Below are positions 53,376-64,000 of a DNA stretch of 64,000 bases, one piece after another. Each line of letters starts with the position of its first letter. The first letter of the stretch is position 1. The stretch spans positions 13,950,001 through 14,014,000 of the forward strand of contig NC_087262.1 in the NCBI RefSeq assembly GCF_037042905.1. The letters run 5' to 3'. This DNA comes from Lytechinus pictus (taxonomy: Eukaryota). The notes under the pieces are model-generated. The model saw only the letters and a list, made by a program, of their open reading frames with translations, did no database searches and was not told where the DNA came from. A program made the translations under genes and the position numbers.

Positions 53376-55309
53376 CTATTGTGAAATGAAATAAAACGTA
53401 TTTGAGTCATGGGTGTAAGCAAATAACCTCATCGGGACAACACTTGGTCGAATATGCTTAACACGAATAACACTCAGCGTCGAGGGGTTCGAAATGCAAA
53501 TTATTGAAGGCCTCCCATAATTTTTCCCCAATTATTTATTCTTTAATGTAATAATTATGATAGGGGATCCACGCTCGACAAGCAATGCTTCTTAGCGGAT
53601 TCCCCTCATTTCCATTCAAGCTTTTGTAATAACATTTACCTGTAGTTGATTCGTAATTATGTTTGATTTTTATTTTATTATGTATTTGATGTATATGCTA
53701 CAAATGTAAATAAACTTGAAACTTGAATAGTCAAATTGTCCTGTCTTTTTTAAAAAGAATATTATTGCACCCCGTTGAGTAAGTACAAAGTCATGGTAGG
53801 AAAGTTGGCGGCACCAAGGTGGGTGAGCAAGGGGGAGCATTTGCCCTTCCAGTCAGGATCATCGCCCCCCCCCCCCCCGGTCGCAATTTTCAAAACTAAC
53901 AAAAAATGTATAGTAAATGCTGTCATGAGCATCCTACTCAAATTGTAAAGTGCGTTATAACAGCATTTTCACTGATCAAATTGTGAAAATTTCCCCATCT
54001 AGTGATGGTTAGCTCCCTAAAATATCAGTCATTTACATAAATCTTTCAGGTCATTAAATCAAATTCTAAATTTTGCTCGCGCTTTGCGCTCGCAATGGCT
54101 TTTGATTGAGATAAATAAATGATCTGTTTAAAAGGATAACATGGGGCTTAAAAATCCAGTGTTGATGTCAATATGCACGAATGATTCGAGGTTTCATTAT
54201 ATCTTTTTAGCGAGATACGCATCCAGCTCGTTCAAAGTGCTTAGTATCAACAATTTTCAGCTCACGCTACACGCTTGCATCAATTGTTTAATTAAATATA
54301 TACGTCCATTTATCATCTCAGTATATTAAAAGAATTCGCCTCACTCTTCACCTTATCATTATTTACTTGGTCGAAAAAAAAATCATTTTCAAAAGTCACT
54401 GCAAACAGTCCTTAACATTTCCGTTTTCAAGTCAGTAGGGCCTATATTAAATATGTTAATCCGCGCTTCGCGTTCGATTTTGTGAAACAGGCAAAATAGT
54501 TTTGCCCCCTCCCCAAATGTTCTTTTGCCCCATCTTGCGTCCTAGTTTAAAAAGTATGGTGCCGCCACTGGGTGTGGGCATTTCCGACCATGTATTTCAT
54601 TGACGAAAACTGTTTCATCCTTGTTTTCTGTGATAACGGGTCCCAAAGATCTTGATTTTTCACCAAAATATATATACATATTAATGATAATGATAATATT
54701 AATAATAGTAACATTTCTATAGCGCCTTTTCTTAGAAAAATACAAAGCGTATTACATATAGGCCTAAGGTATTGCAGTGAAACAAAACATATATATTATA
54801 GAACATTGATAAATCAATACTGGCAAGCAGGCATTAACGGATAAGATAATTAAAGGTTATAACCACAAACATGCATTAATAATTATGTAATTCGGGAGGT
54901 CGGGAACCACACAAAAAGACGTAAAAAGATGGAAGTTGTTGCTACCCTCAGTTGGCGCTCAACATTTAAAGGATAGAGCCTCGTCGATCTGGTGCTGCAC
55001 AGTGGCTGCCGGGCCCACGATCAATAATTTTTGGCAAAATGAATTTCAATTCTCACTTTTCTATTTCGAACAATAACATATGGATTTTCATTTTCACAAG
55101 GCTCTTGCAACAAGCTGACAAGTCTCGACTCGCCGTCCCGGCTCACCGTACATAACACTATCTCACCATGTTGCTCAGCAGATCAGTTATGAATCTTTAA
55201 TCATACAATTTGAACTCTATGCAAGCCGTACAGTATTATCTAAAAAATACAAAAAATAGAAATGTATTTAAACAAAACGTTTCAATGATATTAAGAAAAT
55301 AAAACTCAC

Positions 55310-55327
55310 CTGTCTTCTTGAAGCCAT
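55310..55327 (-). CDS. Array gene copy 4, coding exon 1 (MASRRQ)
   Basis: accATGG Kozak-like context, CAG|gtgagt consensus donor; same peptide in copy 5. Confidence 0.75.
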
Positions 55328-58300
55328 GGTTTGTGGGGTTAAGTGTGTGAAATTGATATTACCGGAGTTGCTATTATGTACATGCCGGATCACCTCGGGT
55401 GACATGGGATTGCCAGACTTTGTGCCTACTTAGCTGGTAATAATCTTTGTAATGTAAATAAATATCATGTTATCATTAGGTTTTTTCCTTGGATTTTATG
55501 GCACTTTATATTGTTGACACAATGTACTTACTAATATAGTAATAAACAAGTAACAAAGTATGGGCTACAGCAAAGGAGCACATTATGCATGTTATGGATA
55601 TTTCAATGTTAAAAATTGACAGATGACTTTGATTAATTTGTTTTACAAAGCAGTAGCATAATGGGCACTAGCGTACCTACGGGGGGGGGGGGCAGTCTGC
55701 CCCCTGACGAGTCACAACCCATGCAAGGGACGTATCCCTGCCCCCCCCCCTCCCCCCTGACATGAACCTGAAGACCTTCTTTTTTTTTTTTTTTTGCTTG
55801 TCAATTTTTTTTCTGGTACGAAATCCTATATTTGTGGTTGAAGACTTTTTTTTTTTGCTTGTAAATTTTTTTCTGGTACAAAATCCTATATTTGTGGTTA
55901 AAGACCCTTTTTTTTTTTTTTTTGCTTGTCAAATGTTTGGGCGGACGAATTTGCCCCCCCCCCCCCCTGTGGAAAATCCTAGGTACGCCACTGATAATGG
56001 GCCAAACATTTTGAGATGCACACTGTGACAGACGGGCCTTAATTTCTAATTTCATTTCTTTACTTTTATATCATTGTAATTCATTTTTTATCGATTGATT
56101 GCTCCATTAATTGATTTTTGGGGGGAGGGGTACAGCGCCCCAAACCCCCTTCCCGATGTATACGCCAATGCGATATAAGATTAAACGTTATGCTCAGTGC
56201 CATAGGTTGTGTACATGTATTATTGTCAATGTATACCATAAGCTAACTTTTCACACGCACTCTCACACCCACACAAACACACGAATTGTATTATGGAGGC
56301 AGATAACGTTATTCCTAGATAAAGATAAATAAGTAAAAACAACAACAAAAGTTAACTCTTTAAGTTGAACTGCAATTCCACACTTTTGGAGCTATAATAT
56401 CTTACCAAATATATTTAACAGAAAAGGTAATATTTTACCCTGTCATTGAGATAGGTCATCTCCCTTCCGGGGGATATTTTGAAATCTGATTTGCATTCTT
56501 TGTGTGTATCAAGAATAGCTGCAACTGTTGATGTCTTTGATTGGATAATATCTCGACAAGAACATCATTACAAAACGTAACCATGTTTGGTACGTATACT
56601 CCTTGAACTTAATATTTTTTATCTGAAGTTGTTTGATCTGTTTAACAAGGATGAAAGGATATCTAAATGTAGACAAAAATATTATATATATGCGCATGGT
56701 TTAAGTCTCCCTTTTGAATAGTGTTTTACCCCCAATGTTGTATACAGTCATTCATGTTCCGGTTGAATCTCACATTTGGAATCATCATCAGTATTTATTC
56801 TACAAATAATATAATAATATTGGCTGGACAACTTCAGTTATTATAAATATCAAAGAAAATGGGATATATAGAGACAAGAAGGCCGAAGGGAGGATGGGTA
56901 AACAAGAAGTATACAAAATGACTTGAATGACAGAGTATTTGTAACAAAGAAAAGCATTTTGGCGTGAATTACTTTCGATATACACTAAGAGTTTAAGTTT
57001 GCAGTCTTAATACAACACTGGAACACATTCTCGGTGCGATTTTACACCCAAAGTGGAAATAAGGTGCACCTTATAAGGTGCAATCTTTTGCATTCAAAAT
57101 TTCCAGAAAGAATGCACTACCTTTAAGGTGTATAATGTAGCTTATTGCACCCTTTAAGAAGTTTCTTAGAGGTGTGTAGGGTGCATATAATTGCACACTT
57201 TTCTTAGTGTGATAGCCTTCCAGACTTAACCTGTCAAGAAGTTGACCCGGCTGGCAGGTATCAGACCAAAAAAAAAATCCAAAAACTGGAACAACAACGG
57301 AATGAATAAAAGCTATTGCAACTTTCCCCCAATCTTGAGTTTCTTCTGCAAAATGCACCCTTCAGTGATCCACATTGTTTTTATCTTGACTTGAAAGTTG
57401 GAAAGTGAAACACATCAACCATTTCAGATCATGAAACATTTTATGACATTTGTAGGAAAATAATATCTATATTTAGATTACAAGTTGACAATGACGCATT
57501 CTCTCTGGAGTCTCTTGAGCAAATCTAAAACATATAAATTAAACGTAAATGCCAGTTGTGGTAACGATCTAAAATTGCTGCATATAATCAAATGGAACAA
57601 CCACCAAACTCTTTATCTGTATCGGAACAAAAAATATGTGCCAAATGGTACTAGTAAAAACCAAAATGTGCCATTGCTGAGAAATAGACAAAAGCCAGGA
57701 ATTCCACCCAAATGTCGGGTCTTTTTTTATAAGAAAAGGTGATACACTGCCCCACATGTGCTTATCTATGTTGGTGATCTCTAGTGTGGTCCCTTTTCAG
57801 TTTTAGGTTGCATGATTTTCCCAGAGTTGGATTTATGTATGTTAACCAGATCCAGATCATGTGATGACATTGACCTTGATTTTACATGCTTTTCCATGAA
57901 GTGCTTGCTGTAACTACATTTCTGTATCTCTAAGTTTAACACTTCTTTAAACAATGTTGATTTGGGGGAAAAAAAACAAAATGAATACCCCGTTTGCTTA
58001 AAGACATTGATAAGATATAAAAGTGAGTCATCCGCTTCATCATTTGCAATATTCTTTCAGAGCAATGGTGTTCATATATTGGAACCATCAATGGATGATA
58101 ACATTGTATATTTTGAATGCTTATGAATTGTACTTTTGCATATGAAAGAACTCTGACAATCACTCAACTTTGGATTTTTTTTTAAACGACATTGTTTATT
58201 TGTCAGTTATAAATTATATTGGCATGTACACGAAAATATTGACCAGCAGACAATTCTGGTGGGATTCGTTAACAATGAAGTGAAATTAAAATATCAAGTG

Positions 58301-61004
58301 CAAATTTCAAAAACATGCATACTCTACACAGAATCTAATTTATTGAAATGATTGCATGAAGATAAGAAATCCACTTGCAATGTATTATTTATTCTTTTTG
58401 ACCAGCAGATCTTGCTGAAATGTTTTGTGAAAAAATTCAAATTCAATACTATTACAAAGCTAAATAAAATACACACAAAAGAAAAATACAATACACAGAA
58501 TTATAATGATTGGAATGCATCAAGGTTGGAAAATATAATTGCAATATATAGTTCAGAAAAAAAAGTAATAGAAAAGAGAGAGACGGAGCAAGATAGAGGG
58601 CCAAAAAAATGGAATGTAGAATTTGAACATTGAGAGAGAAGTCAGAGAGCATAAGAAGATGAAAGGGGAAGAAGAGTGTTAATTTGATAACAAGAGCGAA
58701 AACAAACAAAAAACATTACACTCTAAAAAAGATTTACCCAATATTGGGTAAAACGGGAGCATGCATGTTGGTTAGGTGAAAAGATACCCAATATTTATTT
58801 TGTACATTTTACTCAATGTTGCGTTGGAATAGCCCAACATGGGTTTTTTTTTTTAAATACCCAGCAAACATGCGTGTTCCCTTTCTAACCAATATTGGGT
58901 AAAGTTTTACTCAGTGTTTTTAGAGTGTATAAATCCAATTCAAAACTACAAAGCCACATGAATAAATACTGTCATTTTTACACACTTTTTACAAAATTAA
59001 TTGAAATATTGAAGAGAACCGTTGTGATCAGTTTAAGGTTACATGCAAGAAAATAGGGATAACATTCTCAAGAATAGGTGGGTAGATGAGTATAAGCATG
59101 GAGCTATATAGCTCCATGGTATAATGTAGGAAACGACAAAGAGAGAGGGGGGTAGGAGGTTTACGCAACCGCCAATCGATTGGCTATTTTAACAAGACCT
59201 TTTACATGTTTTATGAGCGTACATAATTTCATTTATCAACGATCATCATCATCATAATCATCATCATCATCACGGGTACACAGCAACAGAACGAGAGTAC
59301 TATGTCGCTGTGGTCGGGTGCAGATGCGACATAGAGTAGCCTTAAAAATATCTCGGGCTTGCATTGAGGAAGTGGGTAAGGGTATGATCATTGCAGTCCC
59401 ATATATTATTTTTAGATTATTTATCTTACATAAAATTCTACATTTGAGAATGAATATTACTTAAGTTTCTTAAAATCATATACATGGGATTTCTACCAAA
59501 CTCACTAGGTTGTTGATTTCAGATGGGACTGTGAAGATTAAAATACGACCTTTAGTAGCCTCCACACCCCCTTGCTGTCTCTGTTATATATCCTACACCA
59601 GTTTTCATCTTAATACTACTAATAACAATAATAATGAAATAATGATAATAAAAATAACAATAATGATATTAGTAATAAAGCGTTTATGAGGCGCCGATTA
59701 TCTAGTTGCATATCCAATAGTAATAATAATAAAGATTGATTTATTAAGCGCATAATAGAAAGCTCTATGCACTTTGCAATGTAGGACAGATATTAACATA
59801 TGGGCGGAAATCCCAGAGGGGACGCGTCCCCCTACCATTTGGAAAGGGGGGGACACTATATCAAATGTCCCCACACTATTTTTGGTCTTTTATTATGGAA
59901 AAAAATACATTTAAAGTCGAAATAACACATGTAGGATCCTATCCACGAATTTCGCAATATATCGATAATATACCTTTTTTTCTTCTTTTTTGACTGTCAA
60001 ATATATTTTGGACAAAATGTCCCCCCCCCCCCACTAACCTTTGGGAAGAGATTTCCGCCCATGTCATAGTATGAAACAAAGTAATTGTAAGAATGCGTAA
60101 TAGCTAAAAGATATAAATTACTGATACAGTATGAAAATAAAATCAAGCATAATTAAATCAAAGTAAACAGGAGACATTCTGTCAAATAGCATGTAAATAT
60201 TCATCAATTATTGTAAAATTGAAATAAACTTTCAATGGCGCACTTTATTCCCCCGGATTTAGCTCCGGCTGCTAAAGTTGCTTGGTACACACTAAGAAAT
60301 TCCTGTTCAAATGGGGTGTACGATACGTGCGTACACCTCGCAAAACTGTTGTACACCCCTGTACTATTTGCGTGCACCCTACCAGTCTTGCTGATAGATG
60401 TATATGGTATAGATTAAGTTGATTTGTGATCGAAGATTACCCGAAATAACAATGCACTAACACATTTCACTTTACCTAAGTGGATCATTTTTTTAAATAT
60501 TTAATATTTATGTGATGATGATGATTGTTTCAAAAACACAATTAATTACGTATACATTTGGAGAAACAGTAAATAGAGCTATTATAGTTGAACCACAACT
60601 ATAAGCACAAGTCAAAATAAGAATCGGATCATATCGCTAGACACCTCATCCTCTCTCAGCGCTTCTCGCTGGCATAGCGGGAAGAATCTTGACTACTATC
60701 ATGACTATAGAACAAGGCGAGTTCGAGTCCCAACTAAGGTAACTAAAAAAATCGATAAAGAAAGTGAATGGACCGGAAGTCTCGACAATCTTTTTGTTAT
60801 GTTGGGTGGGGTACATTATGCACCCTGAAGGGTAGACGTGTACACCCTCTAAGGTGCAGATGGACACCCAAAATAGGGGTACACACTGTACACCCCTATT
60901 CGGGGTGTACGTGTGCACCGCTAGGGGTACTCTTATAGGGACAAGCCCTAGTGGTGCAAAATTGAACCCAAATTTCTTAGTGTGTACATTCAAGGAATTA
61001 ATCC

Positions 61005-61150
61005 TGCCGAGTACCAATTCACCTCACATGGGTTGAATGCAGCACGATTAGAGTAAATTTCTTGCTGAAGAAAATCTCGCCATGGTTGGGAATCGCACCA
61101 CGTCCCTCTGATTACAAAGACGAGAGTCGTAAACACTAGATCACGACGCC
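61005..61150 (-). mobile_element. tRNA-derived SINE fragment immediately 3' of the copy 5 stop codon
   Basis: cacctcacatgggttgaatgcagcac...cactagatcacgacgcc is homologous to the 40.3 kb copy. Confidence 0.7.
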
Positions 61151-61174
61151 CCCCGAAACTTTATAATGATTAGG

Positions 61175-61485
61175 CTATAACATATCATCATCGTCATTAT
61201 TCTCATCACCATCATCATCGTGGTTAGACAGGCACCGACATGTTCTGCGGAGCATTGCTTGAAACCTTTCCAAACGACTTGGATGTGATGCCAGGAAAAA
61301 CTGCCGAACATCATCAAGCTGTTTCTCGGTTAGCTCCACTTGATCACGTGACAGCTGACCTCCAGTCAAAACAAGCGATGCACACTTGAATGTCGTAGGC
61401 TGTTTGGAGCGAAAATTAGACATCTTATAATCTTTAAGATAATCTTCTGAAAAGTCATGGGCGATGACTCCTATCTTACATTTTC
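61175..61485 (-). CDS. Array gene copy 5, coding exon 3 (GKCKIGVIAHDF...DDDDML*); spliced product 213 aa with acidic tail
   Basis: tattttgcag|GA acceptor. 18+313+311=642 nt, in frame to TAG. Confidence 0.85.
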
Positions 61486-61699
61486 CTGCAAAATAGAGAA
61501 AGGAAGTATTAATTTTGATTTCGTTCTCCCTTTTTTTTTATCAATGGCTGAGGTTTGAGGGTATGAGAGCGCAAATATTTTGGCGATTAATACGAGTTCT
61601 TGATCGTCTAATTACAAAACGGTTTAATTAAGTGCAGGTATGTGTCTGAATTATAAGGTTGTATGAACTGACAGAGAATGGGCTCTTAAACTTACATAC

Positions 61700-62012
61700 C
61701 CAAATATTTCTTAGCCCGTGGCAGGAATCTGTCATACAACGCATCTGTGACGTCAGTTATTGAGAATCGTCTGTTGTCTATGGAGTGGCAAAGTAGAAGG
61801 ACATCGATTCCTCCAAAAACGAACTTGTCAATGTCGCTTATGTTGTACGGGAGGGATCTGAATTTCACCTTTTCCACAACATCGGAGAGGTTATGTTGGA
61901 TGTACTGGATAAGGCCTGATACAGTTTCCTCCAAACTGCAACTGCATACAGTCACCTTCGCCATGTTCACTCTCCTTGTTGGTGAAACAAGGTGAGCTGA
62001 TTCACCTTCCAT
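61700..62012 (-). CDS. Array gene copy 5, coding exon 2 (MEGESAHL...RAKKYL-G)
   Basis: tttcatcaag| acceptor, G|gtatgt donor; closely similar to copy 4 exon 2. Confidence 0.85.
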
Positions 62013-62138
62013 CTTGATGAAATTAAATATAAAACGAATGAGAATAAAACAGCACCTTTCACATGTCATAGACGGATCAAAAGGGGACAAGCTAAAGTCT
62101 ACATGTAGCTGACATAAATAATTTACACTTGTAGTTAA

Positions 62139-62711
62139 AGGAAAATGAATCCATTGGAACCAGATAGCTTGTACGATAACAGAAAAATCAAAGAAACGGA
62201 TCAACGAAAGTTTGAGAAAAATTAAATAGATAATAAGACAGTTATGATAATTTGAAGTCTAGATCATTGGTGTGAAGTATCATCCCATTGCCAATGCGAC
62301 AAGGATGTGTGATGTCACACGTGAGTAACTTTGCCATTACTTTTGTATATATTTCACTTAAACTGCCCTTTTTATCACATCTATCAGTAGATCCTGTATT
62401 TTTTCTATAGGAGGGCATGTAATACAGATTTTCAAAGAATACATTATGGCTACAAAGTTTGTATCACCATAAAAAAGAGCAAAAAAAAATGATTATTTTG
62501 GGGTATTTTTAGTTGCAATTGTTCACTTGTTACCTTAACACAATCTTTGTCGCACTGCCAATAGGAGGATCTCCATAGCATTAGTGATCGCAATATTCAA
62601 ATGCTCATAACTTTCTCATTATTTTTCAGATTTTTCTCAAACTTTCTTAGATCTTTTCATTTTATTTTTCTGTTTCCACACAAGCACTTGTTCCCAAAGT
62701 CTCATTCCCCT
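62139..62711. mobile_element. Kolobok-like TTAA element in intron 1 of copy 5
   Basis: ttaa-aggaaaatgaa...agcttgt..acagaaaaat versus atttttctgt...acaagc...tcattcccct-ttga. Confidence 0.6.
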
Positions 62712-63144
62712 TTGAACTTGGTCTAATCCAGCAACCAATTATTTTCGGATCATCTATACGGAACTCAGTCTAACCATGCATATTTTTCACAATTTTTCAC
62801 CATCAATTTATTTGTTATGAATATTAAAGACAATATCTATGAATATGCATTTATTTGTTTTATCTGTGGACTGAACTCCACGACCTAACAGTCATTAGTT
62901 ATACAAGTTATATGTCTTAAATGCCTTACTTGTATATAAGACGTGTATGAAAACTATTTTGAATACTATTAATATAGGCTTTCAAAAAAGGGATTTTTCG
63001 AAATGTTTTCAGCAACTTATAGTTCAGAATATATAACAAAATCTTTTTTGACCCCTTATTTTTCGCTATTATACTATAAATTTCAATCGTCTAAAATAAC
63101 AATATAAATCCAGAAAGTTTCCATATGAGCCGTCAGTAACTCAC

Positions 63145-63162
63145 CTGTCGTCTGGAAGCCAT
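63145..63162 (-). CDS. Array gene copy 5, coding exon 1 (MASRRQ)
   Basis: ATG GCT TCC AGA CGA CAG|gtgagt; upstream block shared with copy 4. Confidence 0.75.
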
Positions 63163-64000
63163 ATAGAGTATATCCTGTTTTTGTTGTGTGTATGCACGAT
63201 CATAATGGGTCCAAATGGGATTGCCAGATTTTGTGCCCGCTTCGTTATCACTGGCGGACAAATGGGGTGGGCTTGGGGGCATGCCCCCCCCCCCCCAAAA
63301 AAAAAAAAAAAAGGAGAAAAGGAATATTCCATGCACAACGCATCGATGCATGATCACATTAATGATAAGCATGATAAGAGGAGTGTGGCATAGTCCTTGC
63401 CTTTTGTGTGTGTGTATCAAACGAGTATTTACTATTCTTTGGAGTATTTACTTAATAACATCCAGTGAACATCAGACTAAAGCACTTGTTGATCTTTGGA
63501 CTTTCGTAAAATTGATATCTCAATATCTTGTTAAAAAGAAATAGGCGTATTGCAAATAACGTAAATTAGATTCGGCAGGAGAAACTGGTGATTTTTAGTT
63601 TAAATTCAAGCCTTATATAAGATTAAGATGTTGTTTGCATAAAGGCCGAGACTACTTCTCTCAAATTAGCATTTTAGCCATCAGAAACCACCGTCGGGCT
63701 AGGATTTGTCACCTTTTCTGGTTTAGACTGCTTTTATTTTTCAAAATTCACATGACCCATGTCTTTCATAATGACTGCGCCACAACTAATTTTTCCTAAT
63801 AGAGTACATCGGAAGATATAGCATGATCCCCGAACAAGCCGTGGAAGGATTAACAAATTTTTTTTTTTTTTTACAAAATGATGAATCCCAAGCGCGGGAA
63901 GTATGTCAAAATGAGCCAAAAAAGAGGGCACAGCGTGCATGGCAAATCTCTTAAATGTCCAGGGCGAGTGACAAAAAAAAAACCTCGTATAAAATGAAAA

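Overview
AT-rich, repeat-dense animal genomic DNA. The repeat landscape suggests a sea urchin/echinoderm (inference). The main content is a tandem array of five paralogous minus-strand genes (about 20.5-63.2 kb), missed as whole genes by the ORF track. Each has three coding exons: an 18-21 nt ATG micro-exon, a phase-0 intron, exon 2, a phase-1 intron splitting a Gly codon, and exon 3. All five splice in frame to 197-232 aa proteins. They share an alternating beta/alpha core (motifs LPYN, CHSIxNRxFSITxV..LYD, HDF, QPTT, GGQL) that looks flavodoxin/TIR-SEFIR-like, and have highly variable C-terminal tails (hydrophobic, Cys-rich or acidic). Copies 2 and 3 lie in a recent segmental duplicate, and copy 3 is 3'-truncated. 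Other notable items: a perfectly folding 72-nt tRNA-like gene with a UCA (opal) anticodon, TA>TAGGCCTA and TA>TACATGTA micro-insertions resembling transposon excision footprints, an L1/Tx1 LINE fragment, a solo-LTR-like element, a TIR element with an 8-bp TSD, SINEs, many MITEs and several tandem arrays. All homology calls come from reading the sequence; no searches were run.
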